In this document: positions 25,148-36,098 of the stretch, piece after piece
Layout of the letters: every line of letters begins with the position of its first letter
Numbering within the stretch: position 1 is the first letter of the stretch
Source: an uncultured Fibrobacterota bacterium
GTDB taxonomy: Bacteria > Fibrobacterota > Chitinivibrionia > Chitinivibrionales > WJKA01
Direction: 5' to 3'
Assembly: GCA_964571815.1 (NCBI GenBank)
Contig: CAZNDN010000007.1
Location: 999 to 64,998 of the forward strand
Length of the DNA stretch: 64,000 nucleotides
The notes under the pieces: generated by a model
Databases searched by the model: none
What the model was told of the DNA's origin: nothing
Seen by the model: the letters and a program-made list of their open reading frames with translations, nothing else
Program-made: the position numbers and the translations under genes

Positions 25148-26674
25148 ATGGGAAAGAAGCAGGCAAAGACGGGGATCACGCCGCGGCGTGACGAAGACTA
25201 TCCGGAGTGGTATCAGCAGGTAGTGAAAGCGGCCGATCTGGCGGAGAATTCTCCGGTGCGCGGTTGCATGGTAATCAAGCCCTGGGGCTACAGCCTGTGG
25301 GAGAATATGCAGCGGGTATTGGACGGCATGTTCAAAGCGACGGGGCACAGCAACGCGTATTTCCCTCTGTTCATTCCGAAAAGTTTTCTCGAAAAGGAAG
25401 CCGAGCACGTGGAGGGCTTTGCCAAGGAGTGCGCGGTGGTCACGCATCACCGGCTTGAGGCCGGGCCCGACGGCGGATTGGTGCCGGCGGGTGAGCTTGA
25501 GGAGCCCCTCGTGGTCCGGCCCACATCGGAGACCATTATCGGGGCCATGTTCTCAAAGTGGGTTCAGTCGTATCGTGATTTGCCGCTGCTGATCAACCAG
25601 TGGGCCAATGTGGTCAGGTGGGAGATGCGTACGCGGCTCTTTCTGCGCACGTCGGAGTTTCTCTGGCAGGAAGGCCACACGGTGCATGCCGATGAGCGGG
25701 AGGCCCGGGAGGAAACGCGTCGCATGCTCGATGTCTACGCCGGTTTTGCCGAGAACTACATGGCCATGCCCGTGATCAAGGGGGAGAAAACCGAAACGGA
25801 GCGTTTCCCCGGTGCGGTGAATACGTACTGCATTGAGGCGATGATGCAGGACCGCAAGGCGCTGCAGTCCGGGACGTCGCATTTTCTCGGACGCAACTTC
25901 TCGCGCGCCGCGGATATTACGTTCCTTGACGACACCGGAAAGGAGCAGCACGCGTGGACAACTTCGTGGGGCGTATCGACCCGGCTGGTGGGCGGGGTGA
26001 TCATGACGCACGCCGACGATGACGGGATGGTCATTCCTCCCCGTATCGCACCCTCTCATCTGGTGGTGCTCCCCGTGATTCACCAGGAGGAGACGCGCGC
26101 CGAGGTGCTGCGGTACTGCGATTCACTGGTGAAGCAGGTGCGGGAGGTCGTTTACGACGGCGCGCCGGTGCGGGTTGAGTTTGATACCAGGGAGATTCGA
26201 GGCGGCGAGAAAGCGTGGAGCTGGATAAAAAAGGGAATACCGCTGTGGGTTGAGGTCGGTCCGCGGGACATTGAGAACGATGCGGTGTTTGTGGGACGCC
26301 GCGACAGGGAGCGGGGAGGAAAGCAAAGTATTCCGCGGCGGGAGTTCATCGCCGGGCTTCCCTCGATGTTGGAGGAGATACAGCAGTCCCTCTACCGTCG
26401 TGCCCTGGCCATGCGCGAGGAGCACACCCGGGAGATTGACTCCCGTGGGGAGTTTTACGAGTTTTTTACGCCCCGCAACAGGGAAAAACCCGAACTGCAC
26501 GGTGGTTTTGCGGTAAGTCACTGGAGCGGCGAGTCGGAGGTTGAGGAGCAGGTCAAGAACGATCTGAACGTAACGATCCGCTGCATTCCCCTCGAAGGCG
26601 AGGCGCGTCCGGGCACCTGTGTGATCAGCGGCAAACCGAGTCCCCGGCGGGTGATATGGGCAAAATCCTACTGA
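25148..26674 (+). CDS. proS: Prolyl-tRNA synthetase (archaeal/eukaryote-like type)
   Basis: ITPRRDEDYPEWYQQVVKAADLAENSPVRGCMVIKPWGYSLWENMQ...FPLFIP...FLRTSEFLWQEGHT...GTSHFLG. About 500 aa with no INS editing domain. Confidence 0.9.
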   Translation: MGKKQAKTGITPRRDEDYPEWYQQVVKAADLAENSPVRGCMVIKPWGYSLWENMQRVLDGMFKATGHSNAYFPLFIPKSFLEKEAEHVEGFAKECAVVTHHRLEAGPDGGLVPAGELEEPLVVRPTSETIIGAMFSKWVQSYRDLPLLINQWANVVRWEMRTRLFLRTSEFLWQEGHTVHADEREAREETRRMLDVYAGFAENYMAMPVIKGEKTETERFPGAVNTYCIEAMMQDRKALQSGTSHFLGRNFSRAADITFLDDTGKEQHAWTTSWGVSTRLVGGVIMTHADDDGMVIPPRIAPSHLVVLPVIHQEETRAEVLRYCDSLVKQVREVVYDGAPVRVEFDTREIRGGEKAWSWIKKGIPLWVEVGPRDIENDAVFVGRRDRERGGKQSIPRREFIAGLPSMLEEIQQSLYRRALAMREEHTREIDSRGEFYEFFTPRNREKPELHGGFAVSHWSGESEVEEQVKNDLNVTIRCIPLEGEARPGTCVISGKPSPRRVIWAKSY

Positions 26675-26784
26675 CCGGTGTTGCCGGTGGGGGAAACCGG
26701 GGGGATGAAGGTACCGGTGTCTTTGCGAACGCTGTTGCCGGGCGGGCGGTAAGCACGGCAATCGACGGGACCGGGAGTTGAGAC

Positions 26785-27477
26785 GTGGGAGTCCTGTATG
26801 TCATCGCAACCCCGGTGGGCAACACGGAGGATATCTCTCGACGGGCGCTACGGGTGATGGGGCAGGTTGATGCGCTTGCCTGCGAGGATACGCGTCGGAC
26901 GAAAAGGTTGCTTTCGCGCTGCGGCGTCGAAGCGCCGTCGGCGGTCTTCTCCTGTTTTGAGCACAACGAAGCCGCGGCCGCGGCGAAGGTTCGCGGGCTT
27001 CTCGATCGGGACAAACAGGTGGGGTTGTGCAGCAACGCCGGGCATCCCGGGATCAGCGATCCGGGATACCGCGTCATTGCCGCGGCGCTGGCCGGGGAGC
27101 ATGAGGTTGTCGTGGTCCCCGGTCCGAGTGCGGCCCTGATTGCGCTGCTGGCTTCCGGACTTCCCACCTCTTCGTTCACGTTCAAGGGGTTTGGCCCGAA
27201 AAAGGGCGCCCGCCGACGTTCCTGGCTCGAGGACGAGCGGAACGCGCCTCATACGCTGGTAATCTACGAGTCGGCGCACCGGGTGGCCGCCTTGCTTCGC
27301 GATGCGCGGGCGGTGTTGGGAGACCGACGGGCCGCGGTGTGCAGGGAGATGACGAAGATGTATGAAGAGACGAGCAGGGGGTGGCTTTCGGAGTTGGCCG
27401 AAACGTACGGTGCGACCAGGATCAAGGGAGAGATCACGGTCGTCATCGCAGGCAACAACCCCAAATTCAGCCGATGA
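26785..27477 (+). CDS. rsmI: 16S rRNA (cytidine1402-2'-O)-methyltransferase
   Basis: GTG start. LYVIATPVGNTEDISRRALRVMGQVDALACEDTRRTKRLL...ISDPGYRV...YESAHR. Confidence 0.85.
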   Translation: MGVLYVIATPVGNTEDISRRALRVMGQVDALACEDTRRTKRLLSRCGVEAPSAVFSCFEHNEAAAAAKVRGLLDRDKQVGLCSNAGHPGISDPGYRVIAAALAGEHEVVVVPGPSAALIALLASGLPTSSFTFKGFGPKKGARRRSWLEDERNAPHTLVIYESAHRVAALLRDARAVLGDRRAAVCREMTKMYEETSRGWLSELAETYGATRIKGEITVVIAGNNPKFSR

Positions 27478-27635
27478 TTCGATCGCCGAACATTTCTTTG
27501 CGGTCCGAACAGAGACCCGATGTGCCGTGAACATCCTCTTTGTGTGGGCTTCATGGAACATTGTATATTAGATGAGTTTACAGTTTCCGGAAGCGGGATC
27601 CTTTCTTCGTATTCTCAACGTACCAGAATCCAGGT

Positions 27636-28709
27636 ATGAATAGTCCACGGCCCATGCGCTATGCGGACGCGGGAGTAAGTCTCACGGCCTGGGAGCACAC
27701 CAGAGACAGGATTGCTACCCGGGTTCGCTCGACCTATACCGACGGAGTGCTCGGCGCGTTCGGGCAGTTCGGGGGGCTGTTTGACCTTGGATCGCTGAGC
27801 CGCTATCGGCATCCGGTGCTGGTCTCCTCCATCGACGGTGTCGGGACCAAGTTGAAGATTGCCTGCGAGATGGGAATCCACGCGACCGTGGGTCGCGATA
27901 TCGTCAATCATTGTGTCAACGACATACTTGTCCTGGGCGCCGAACCGCTCTTCTTTCTGGACTACATGGGGACGGGGCGGCTGGAGCCGGAAGTTGCCGA
28001 AAAGGTGATCGAGGGCATGGCGGATGCGTGTGCGGAGGCAAGCTGCGCGCTGATCGGCGGTGAGACCGCCGAGATGCCGGGGTTTTACCACGACGGTGAG
28101 TACGACCTTGCGGGCACTATTGTGGGGGTGGTTGAGCGCGAGGGGATTATCGACGGCAGCCGCATTTGTCCCGGCGATAGCGTTGTCGGGCTGGCCTCTC
28201 ACGGTCTCCATACCAACGGGTACAGCCTTGCACGGAAGATTGTCACCGAGGCGGCGGGCATGTCCTGGGAGGAGCCCTTCGAGCCGGGCGGACGGAGTAT
28301 CGGCGAAGAGCTTCTTCGTCCCCATCGCTCGTATCTGCCGGTACGGAAGCTCATGGGCGGGGGGATTGTCAAGGGATGCGCGCATATTACGGGTGGTGGG
28401 ATTCCGGGTAATCTGAACCGGGTGCTCCCGGGCGGGTGTGACGCTGTGATCGACACCGCTTCGTGGAAGCCGCGGCCGATTTTCGAGTTTCTGCGTCGGC
28501 GGGGACGGGTGGAGTCGGAGGAGATGTATCGAACGTTTAACATGGGGGTCGGGCTGGCGTTGGTAGTTGCACCGGAGCATGAGCAGGCGCTGTGTGCGGC
28601 CGATGAGCTTCGGGAGTACGAGCCGGTTCGTATCGGGACGGTGGTGGAGGGCAACGGTGAGGTTCGACTGAGCGCCGGAACACGGAGTGACGTGGGGGAG
28701 ATATCGTGA
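27636..28709 (+). CDS. purM: Phosphoribosylformylglycinamidine cyclo-ligase (AIR synthetase)
   Basis: YADAGVS...FGGLFDL...LVSSIDGVGTKLKIA...GRDIVNHCVNDILVLGAEPLFFLDY...GGETAEMPG. Confidence 0.9.
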   Translation: MNSPRPMRYADAGVSLTAWEHTRDRIATRVRSTYTDGVLGAFGQFGGLFDLGSLSRYRHPVLVSSIDGVGTKLKIACEMGIHATVGRDIVNHCVNDILVLGAEPLFFLDYMGTGRLEPEVAEKVIEGMADACAEASCALIGGETAEMPGFYHDGEYDLAGTIVGVVEREGIIDGSRICPGDSVVGLASHGLHTNGYSLARKIVTEAAGMSWEEPFEPGGRSIGEELLRPHRSYLPVRKLMGGGIVKGCAHITGGGIPGNLNRVLPGGCDAVIDTASWKPRPIFEFLRRRGRVESEEMYRTFNMGVGLALVVAPEHEQALCAADELREYEPVRIGTVVEGNGEVRLSAGTRSDVGEIS

Positions 28710-30199
28710 CGTCGCGGATAAAACTTTACAACACGGCCACAAGGAGCAAGGATCCCTTTGCTCCGTCGGGCTCCACGGTGGGGTTATATTGCTGCGGGCC
28801 GACCGTGTACGATTACGCTCATATCGGTAATCTCCGGACGTACGTGTTCGAAGATGTTTTGAAGCGGACGTTGAAGATGCTGGGTATGGACGTGAAGCAC
28901 GTGATGAATATCACCGACGTGGGGCATCTTGTCTCCGATGAGGATACGGGTGAGGACAAGATGGAGAAGGGGGCTCGTCGGGAGGGCAAGACCGTCTGGG
29001 AGATAGCATCGTTTTACACCGCGAAGTTCATGGAGAATATAGACGATCTCAATATCGAGCCGGCCGATATCCGGCCGAAGGCGACGGACCATATCGGCGA
29101 GATGATCGAGCTGGTGGCGAAGCTGGAGCAGAGGGGATACACCTATACATCGGGCGAGGGGATCTATTTCGACACGTCGAAGTTTCCCCGCTACGGGGAG
29201 TTCGCCGGGTTGGAGGCCGATGCGCTTCGGGCGGGCACGCGCGTAGACATGGGCGACAAGCGCCGGCCGACCGATTTCGCCTTGTGGAAATTCTCGCCTG
29301 TCGGGGTGAAGCGCCGGATGGAGTGGGAGAGTCCGTGGGGAGTCGGGTTTCCCGGATGGCACATCGAGTGCAGCGCCATGGCGTTGAAGTACCTGAATCA
29401 GCCGTTAGACATTCATTGCGGGGGCAGCGATCATATCAGGGTTCATCATACGAACGAAATCGCTCAGGTCGAGGCGGCCACCGACAAGCCGTTCGCTCGA
29501 TTCTGGGTCCACGGTGAGTTCCTGGTGATGGACAAGGGAAAGATGGCCAAGTCCAGCGGGAGTTTCGTAACGCTGGATACGGTCAAGGAGCGGGGAATCG
29601 AGCCGCTTGCGTACAGGATGATGTGTTTTTCGGCGCACTATCGCAATCCGCTGACCTTCTCCTGGGAGGCCCTTGAGGGGGCGGCGCGGAGTCTGACCAA
29701 CCTCAGAAAGCTGGTTGCGGAGCAGACCGGCGGCGAGTCGGGGCGGCGGGTGGACGGGGACGCGGTTTCGGCGGCCGCGGCTCCGTTTCGCGAAGCGCTT
29801 TGCGACGACCTGAACATGCCGCGGGCGGTAGGCTGGTTGTGGGAGTTTCTTCGGGACGGGTCGGTGGAGGACGGGGTGAAGGCGGCGGCGGTGGCGGCGG
29901 CCGATGAAGTGCTGGGGCTGAATCTGCTTGACGGCTCTCCGCGGGAGCGTGTGATGGAGTTCGGTGATGAGGGGGGGGCAATCAGAATTGTGTCCACATC
30001 GGAGGTGTCGCGGTCGACCGCCGAGGAAATAGTCGAAAACGTGCGCAGTCGGCGAGAAGCGCGGGCCGGGCGCGATTTCGCCGCCGCCGACAGGATCCGC
30101 GACCGCCTTCGGGCCGAGGGGGTTGCAGTGAAGGACCTTCGGGACGGCACAACGGAGTGCGTGGTCGAGACCGGCCCTTCTTCGGCCGTAACGGAGTGA
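28706..30199 (+). CDS. cysS: Cysteinyl-tRNA synthetase
   Basis: GTG overlaps the purM stop. LYCCGPTVYDYAHIGNLRTY (HIGH), GWHIECS, KMAKSSG (KMSKS). Confidence 0.9.
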   Translation: MTSRIKLYNTATRSKDPFAPSGSTVGLYCCGPTVYDYAHIGNLRTYVFEDVLKRTLKMLGMDVKHVMNITDVGHLVSDEDTGEDKMEKGARREGKTVWEIASFYTAKFMENIDDLNIEPADIRPKATDHIGEMIELVAKLEQRGYTYTSGEGIYFDTSKFPRYGEFAGLEADALRAGTRVDMGDKRRPTDFALWKFSPVGVKRRMEWESPWGVGFPGWHIECSAMALKYLNQPLDIHCGGSDHIRVHHTNEIAQVEAATDKPFARFWVHGEFLVMDKGKMAKSSGSFVTLDTVKERGIEPLAYRMMCFSAHYRNPLTFSWEALEGAARSLTNLRKLVAEQTGGESGRRVDGDAVSAAAAPFREALCDDLNMPRAVGWLWEFLRDGSVEDGVKAAAVAAADEVLGLNLLDGSPRERVMEFGDEGGAIRIVSTSEVSRSTAEEIVENVRSRREARAGRDFAAADRIRDRLRAEGVAVKDLRDGTTECVVETGPSSAVTE

Positions 30200-30209
30200 G
30201 AAGGGCGGA

Positions 30210-30830
30210 ATGGACGAGAGAGCAATTGCAGAACAGGAGCAGATTATGGGCGAGCAGAACAATGTTGTTGAGGATTTGAAGCGCATGTTTGTGGGACAGG
30301 AAATCGAGCAGCGGATGCTCAGTCGCAGGGAGATCTTTCTCTGGGGGGCGATCGACGATGATTCGGCGAAATCGGTTGTCCAGAGGATACTCTATTTCGA
30401 CGGGGAGAGCAAGGAAGATATTGCCCTGTATATCAACAGCCCCGGCGGCGTGATATCCTCGGGGCTTGCCATTTTCGACGCGATGCAGTACGCGAAGTCG
30501 GATATCGCCACTATCTGCATGGGGCAGGCCGCCAGCATGGGAGCCGTGGTTCTGGCCTCGGGCGCCAAAGGGAAACGTACGGCGTGGGAGAACGCCAGGG
30601 TCTTGATCCACCAGCCCTTGATCTCCGGTAATGTATTCGGCCCGGCATCGGACATCCAGATACAGGCCGAGGAGATCATGCGTATCAGGGGAGGGCTGAA
30701 TGCGATGCTGGCCGAGGCAACGGGGCAGCCGCTGAAGAAGGTGGAGGAAGACACCGACCGGGACTACTTTTTGTCGGCTGAGGAGGCAAAAAAGTACGGT
30801 ATTGTGGATAAGGTGGTGAAGACTCGCTGA
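30210..30830 (+). CDS. clpP: ATP-dependent Clp protease proteolytic subunit
   Basis: REIFLWGAIDDDSAKSVVQRILYFD...LYINSPGGVISSGLAIFDAMQY...CMGQAASMGAVVL...RVLIHQP. Confidence 0.9.
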   Translation: MDERAIAEQEQIMGEQNNVVEDLKRMFVGQEIEQRMLSRREIFLWGAIDDDSAKSVVQRILYFDGESKEDIALYINSPGGVISSGLAIFDAMQYAKSDIATICMGQAASMGAVVLASGAKGKRTAWENARVLIHQPLISGNVFGPASDIQIQAEEIMRIRGGLNAMLAEATGQPLKKVEEDTDRDYFLSAEEAKKYGIVDKVVKTR

Positions 30831-30846
30831 GCCGGCGGCTTGTGTC

Positions 30847-30877
30847 TTGACTATATTGGTACGCAGATACTATTTTG
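30847..30877 (+). promoter_or_regulatory. Putative promoter of the tRNA-tuf cluster (TTGACT-N18-TATTTTG)
   Basis: TTGACT at 30847..30852 and TATTTTG at 30871..30877, 29 nt upstream of the first tRNA. Confidence 0.4.
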
Positions 30878-30905
30878 AATAAGTTTTTCCAAAATCAGTA
30901 TTTCG

Positions 30906-30981
30906 GCCGATGTAGCTCAGTTGATAGAGCGTTCGATTTGTAATCGAATGGTCGTGGGTTTGAGTCCCGCCATCGGCTCCA
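30906..30981 (+). tRNA. tRNA-Thr (anticodon TGT), CCA encoded
   Basis: Hand-folded cloverleaf: acceptor GCCGATG/CATCGGC, D arm GCTC-AGTTGATA-GAGC, anticodon arm TTCGA-TTTGTAA-TCGAA, T arm GTGGG-TTTGAGT-CCCGC, then T-CCA. Confidence 0.9.
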
Positions 30982-31011
30982 GAAGAATATATCGCGGAGG
31001 GCCGTTTGAAC

Positions 31012-31094
31012 GGGTAGGTGCCCGAGTGGCTAAAGGGGATGGACTGTAAATCCATTGGCGCACGCCTACGGTGGTTCGAATCCACCCCTGCCCA
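31012..31094 (+). tRNA. tRNA-Tyr (anticodon GTA), long variable arm
   Basis: Acceptor GGGTAGG/CCTGCCC (one G-T pair), anticodon arm ATGGA-CTGTAAA-TCCAT, long variable arm TGGCGCACGCCTAC, T arm GGTGG-TTCGAAT-CCACC. Confidence 0.9.
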
Positions 31095-31164
31095 TTTTGA
31101 TACAGGGACGGCTGTGTGCGAAGGCCGGCGAGGCCGGGGAGACGGGGTTTTTTGTGAGAATTCG

Positions 31165-31237
31165 GCGGGCATAGCTCAATTGGTAGAGCTCCACCCTTCC
31201 AAGGTGGCTGTTGTGAGTTCGAGTCTCATTGCCCGCT
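31165..31237 (+). tRNA. tRNA-Gly (anticodon TCC)
   Basis: Acceptor GCGGGCA/TGCCCGC, anticodon arm CCACC-CTTCCAA-GGTGG, T arm GTGAG-TTCGAGT-CTCAT. Confidence 0.9.
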
Positions 31238-31246
31238 CTGATACTG

Positions 31247-31323
<77 letters not shown>

Positions 31324-31403
31324 GATCGTCGGGCGCGGTTGGGTGGTGTCGACGCGGGGTGGAAAAGAATACACAAGCTCGTTTCAACATCAACACGGAG
31401 AGC

Positions 31404-32599
<1,196 letters not shown>

Positions 32600-32600
32600 C

Positions 32601-32634
32601 GGAAGAAGCTTCGGAGACGAAGCGGCTTCTTCTT
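32601..32634 (+). terminator. Hairpin after tuf copy 1 (possible partial terminator/attenuator)
   Basis: GCTTCG-GAGA-CGAAGC is a 6-bp stem. It is extended by a 2x2 internal loop and 5 more bp (GGAAG/CTTCT), followed by TCTT. The U-tract is weak. Confidence 0.3.
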
Positions 32635-32651
32635 GAAATGAGGGAGCGAGG

Positions 32652-32804
32652 ATGCCCAGAGACAAGATAACCCTTGAGTGCACGTCGTGCAAAAACCGTA
32701 ACTATACGGGAACCAAGAACAAGCGGAAGCACTCGGGGCGTGTGGAATTCAAAAAGTACTGCCCTGTGGAGCGCAAGCGAACCATGCATAAGGAAGCACG
32801 GTGA
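32652..32804 (+). CDS. rpmG: Ribosomal protein L33
   Basis: Not in the track (50 aa). My translation: [60 protein letters not shown] lies before the ATG. Confidence 0.9.
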   Translation: MPRDKITLECTSCKNRNYTGTKNKRKHSGRVEFKKYCPVERKRTMHKEAR

Positions 32805-32837
32805 GCATGCCGGGAGGGCGCAATGTGTGGTTTTTAC

Positions 32838-32910
32838 AGGTCTGTAGCTCAAGTGGTAGAGTAGCGGTCTCCAAAACCGCTGGTTGGGGGTTCGAGTCCC
32901 TCCAGGCCTG
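32838..32910 (+). tRNA. tRNA-Trp (anticodon CCA)
   Basis: Acceptor AGGTCTG/CAGGCCT (one G-T pair), anticodon arm GCGGT-CTCCAAA-ACCGC, T arm GGGGG-TTCGAGT-CCCTC. Confidence 0.9.
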
Positions 32911-32929
32911 CTGACCGTAACGGACAATT

Positions 32930-33118
32930 ATGCTGCGTCAGTTGCTGCAATATATCAAGGATGTGCGGGTTGAGATGGCCAAGGTGACGTGGCCGACCCG
33001 TCAGGAAGTGCTCACGGGGACTATGCTGGTGTCTGTACTGAGCGTGGTTGTGTCGATCTTCGTGAAGTTGTTCGATGTGGCTCTGAGCAAAATCCTGGGG
33101 CTGGTCCTGAAACTGTAG
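32930..33118 (+). CDS. secE: Preprotein translocase subunit SecE
   Basis: 62 aa. VRVEMAKVTWPTRQEV followed by a single TM helix, in the canonical position before nusG. Confidence 0.9.
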   Translation: MLRQLLQYIKDVRVEMAKVTWPTRQEVLTGTMLVSVLSVVVSIFVKLFDVALSKILGLVLKL

Positions 33119-33154
33119 CCGCGGTTCGGTATTTCCTTAACGGCGGGAATCGAT

Positions 33155-33685
33155 ATGGCACCACGGTGGTATACAATCCACACCTATTCGGGGCAGGAAC
33201 CGAAAGTGTTGCTGCGGCTCGAAGAGCTGATTGAGAACGGCGATGCCGGAGGGAAGATCGTTCGTGCGCTGATGCCCACCCAGGATGTGGTGCAGATCAA
33301 GGGTGGCAAGAAAATCAAGACGACACGCAAGTTCTTTCCCAGCTATGTGCTGGTGGAAATGGAGCTTGACCGGGAGACCATGCATGTGGTGAACGATATC
33401 AACGGCGTGACCGGTTTTGTGGGTGGGAGGAAGCCGCAGCCGTTGCGGGAGGAGGAAGTGCGGCGGATTCTGGGCCGTACCGAGCAGACCGAGACGCGTG
33501 AGATTTCCGAGGTCCCGTACGAAGAAGGGGACACGATCAAGATAAAAGAAGGGCCTTTCAAGGATTTCGACGGGGTGGTGGACGAGGTGCATCCCGACAA
33601 GGGCAAGATCAAGGTAATGGTGAGTGTATTCGGACGTTCGACGCCGGTGGAAGTGGACTTCGGTCACGTCAGTCCGGTAAGTTGA
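33155..33685 (+). CDS. nusG: Transcription termination/antitermination factor NusG
   Basis: WYTIHTYSGQEPKV NGN start. KOW block GDTIKIKEGPFKDFDGVVDEV...KIKVMVSVFGRSTPVEV. Confidence 0.95.
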   Translation: MAPRWYTIHTYSGQEPKVLLRLEELIENGDAGGKIVRALMPTQDVVQIKGGKKIKTTRKFFPSYVLVEMELDRETMHVVNDINGVTGFVGGRKPQPLREEEVRRILGRTEQTETREISEVPYEEGDTIKIKEGPFKDFDGVVDEVHPDKGKIKVMVSVFGRSTPVEVDFGHVSPVS

Positions 33686-33712
33686 GCGCCCGCGGGCTAA
33701 AGGAGCGGATTT

Positions 33713-34135
33713 TTGGCTAAGAAAGTAGTTGCTCAAATCAAGCTGCAGATTCCCGGTGGACAGGCCAATCCCGCGCCGCCGGTCGGACCTGCTCTGGGGC
33801 AGCACGGTGTCAATATTATGGGCTTCTGCAAGCAGTTCAATGCGAAGACTAAGGAAGCCAACGGCACGATTATCCCCGTGGTTATCACGGTGTATGCCGA
33901 CCGGAGTTTCACATTCATTACCAAGACCCCTCCGGCGTCGGTACTGATTCTCAAGGAGCTGCAACTGCAGAAGGGCTCCGGCGTTCCCAATAAGGAGTTT
34001 GTCGGCACCCTGAGTACCGGGCAGGTGCGGAAGATCGCCGAGTCGAAGATGAAAGATCTGAATGCGGGCTCCGTGGAGGCGGCGATGAATATGGTGAAGG
34101 GTACGGCACGGAGCATGGGAGTCAAGATCGGCTGA
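33713..34135 (+). CDS. rplK: Ribosomal protein L11
   Basis: TTG start after [49 protein letters not shown]. Confidence 0.95.
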   Translation: MAKKVVAQIKLQIPGGQANPAPPVGPALGQHGVNIMGFCKQFNAKTKEANGTIIPVVITVYADRSFTFITKTPPASVLILKELQLQKGSGVPNKEFVGTLSTGQVRKIAESKMKDLNAGSVEAAMNMVKGTARSMGVKIG

Positions 34136-34178
34136 ACGTGACGACGGCCGCACAACGCAACGGTGGAGACAGCAAGGC

Positions 34179-34868
34179 ATGAAACACGGTAAGAACTGGA
34201 ACAACGTACGGGCGAAGCTTGACAAGACGCGGGTATATCCCGTGGCGGAAGCAATCGATTTTCTCAAGAACGGTTCGGCCGTGAAATTCGACGAGACACT
34301 CGAGATCGCGGTCCAACTGGGTGTCGATCCGCGAAAAGGCGATCAGATGGTCAGGGGCGCCGTCGTGCTCCCCCACGGACTGGGAAAGACGGTCAAGGTC
34401 CTGGCATTCGCGCAGGGGGAGAAGGTCAAGGAGGCGCAGGAAGCGGGAGCCGACTATGTCGGTGCCGAAGATATGGGCGAGAAAATCATGGGAGGCTGGT
34501 TTGAGTTCGATGCGGCCGTGGCGACTCCCGACATGATGAAAGTGGTGGGGAAGCTGGGCAAAATTCTGGGTCCGCGGGGACTCATGCCCAACCCGAAGGT
34601 CGGAACGGTGACCATGGATATCGGCAATGCGATTACCGAACTCAAGAAGGGCAAGGTTTCGTTTCGGGTCGATAAGGGAGCGATTGTTCATGCCCCGCTG
34701 GGCAAGCTGTCCTTTGATGCCGCGAAGCTTCAGGAGAACACCCGGGCGTTCATGGACGGGATCGTCAAGGCGAGACCGTCGGCGGCCAAGGGCCAGTACA
34801 TCAAGAAAGTGACGTTGAGCAGCACGATGGGCCAGGGGGTGCGGATTGACCCGGCCGAGTTGAAGTAG
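34179..34868 (+). CDS. rplA: Ribosomal protein L1
   Basis: [34 protein letters not shown], and operon order. Confidence 0.95.
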   Translation: MKHGKNWNNVRAKLDKTRVYPVAEAIDFLKNGSAVKFDETLEIAVQLGVDPRKGDQMVRGAVVLPHGLGKTVKVLAFAQGEKVKEAQEAGADYVGAEDMGEKIMGGWFEFDAAVATPDMMKVVGKLGKILGPRGLMPNPKVGTVTMDIGNAITELKKGKVSFRVDKGAIVHAPLGKLSFDAAKLQENTRAFMDGIVKARPSAAKGQYIKKVTLSSTMGQGVRIDPAELK

Positions 34869-34872
34869 GGGC

Positions 34873-34910
34873 CGTGCCGGAGGCGGCACGTGGAGGCAGC
34901 CGGCCTTTTT
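34873..34910 (+). promoter_or_regulatory. GC-rich hairpin plus T5 tract in the rplA-rplJ spacer (possible L10-leader/attenuator element)
   Basis: CGTGCCG-GAGG-CGGCACG is a perfect 7-bp stem (34873..34890). TTTTT lies at 34906..34910, not immediately adjacent to the stem. Confidence 0.3.
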
Positions 34911-34940
34911 CGGAGTACACACTGTGAGGATGGGGTAGCG

Positions 34941-35468
34941 ATGTCGACGAGAACTCAACGGGAAGAGCAGGTCAGGTCGCTGGAAGAACGTTTCCGGGAT
35001 TCATCGGGCATATACCTGACCGGGTACAAGGGAATCAATGTGGAGCGTATGACCGGTCTGCGCGCCGATTTCCGTGAAAACGACTGCGGATACGTGGTCG
35101 TGAAGAACACGCTTGCCGGCCTGGCGCTTCAGCGATCCGGCAAGGATGGAGCCGCGGAGCATCTGACCGGGCAGGTGGGGATTGCATTCACCAGGGGCGA
35201 CGCGACGGCTCCGGCGAAAGTTATCAAGCGGTTCCAGGATGAGAACAAGGGGCTGCTTACGGTCAAAGTGGCCTATGTCGAGGGCGCGCTGGTTGACGGT
35301 GACAAGGTCAAGAGTCTGGCAGCGCTTCCCGGCCGCGATGTCCTGCTTGCGCAACTGCTTTCCTGTATGAACGCGCCCGTGGCCAATCTTGCGTCGGCGC
35401 TCAACGGAATTCTCGGCTCGGTGGTGGGAGCTATCGATGCGGTACGGCGCAAGAAAGAGGGTGAGTAG
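34941..35468 (+). CDS. rplJ: Ribosomal protein L10
   Basis: ATG 34941 gives MSTRTQREEQVRSLEERF...GINVERMTGLRADFREN...VVVKNTLAGLAL. The track ORF begins 51 nt earlier at a GTG. Confidence 0.93.
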   Translation: MSTRTQREEQVRSLEERFRDSSGIYLTGYKGINVERMTGLRADFRENDCGYVVVKNTLAGLALQRSGKDGAAEHLTGQVGIAFTRGDATAPAKVIKRFQDENKGLLTVKVAYVEGALVDGDKVKSLAALPGRDVLLAQLLSCMNAPVANLASALNGILGSVVGAIDAVRRKKEGE

Positions 35469-35533
35469 ACCGGCGGACCCGCCGGGGCACAACATTGCAG
35501 CAGAATAATGTTAACCGATAGAGGAGGTTTTCA

Positions 35534-35926
35534 GTGGCTACGCTGACCAACGAGGAGATCATTGAGGCGATCGGAAACAAGACGGCGCTTGAGCTGTCGG
35601 AGCTGGTCAAGAGCATCGAAGAGAAATTCGATGTGAAGGCGGCGGCGCCCATGGCCATGGGTGCGATGCCGGCGGCGGGTGCGGGCGGCGGTGAGGCGGC
35701 CGTGGCCGAGGAGAAGACCGAGTTCGATGTCGTGCTCAAGGATATCGGCGCGAAGAAGATCCAGGTGATCAAGGTGGTACGCGCCATAACCGGCCTGGGG
35801 CTCAAAGAGGCAAAGGACCTGGTTGAAGGGGCGCCCAAGCCGGTCAAAGAAGGGGTCGCCAAGGACGAGGCCGAGAATTTCAAGAAGCAGCTTGAGGAAG
35901 TAGGGGCGGGAGTCGAGATTAAGTAA
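35534..35926 (+). CDS. rplL: Ribosomal protein L7/L12
   Basis: GTG start. [33 protein letters not shown]...[31 protein letters not shown]. Confidence 0.95.
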   Translation: MATLTNEEIIEAIGNKTALELSELVKSIEEKFDVKAAAPMAMGAMPAAGAGGGEAAVAEEKTEFDVVLKDIGAKKIQVIKVVRAITGLGLKEAKDLVEGAPKPVKEGVAKDEAENFKKQLEEVGAGVEIK

Positions 35927-36098
35927 GAGTATAACGTTGGGTCTACATACACATTCGGCGAGTTGCATCTGCCCGGCATCGGCGCGGGCGTATTCAATAC
36001 GTTGTTGCGACGGTGTGAGGTGCGGGGAAGGTGCGCTCGTTTCCGTATGTGAGGGTTGTTGCAGTTCGATTTTTTCCCCAACTCACGAGGGTAGGTGA

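Noticed and set aside
27615-28742. 375-aa minus-strand ORF
   Set aside because: It lies antisense to purM, which has a clear AIR-synthetase signature.
35927-36098. rplL-rpoB attenuator/terminator
   Set aside because: Only a 5-bp GCCCG/CGGGC stem with no following T-tract was found. That is too weak to call.
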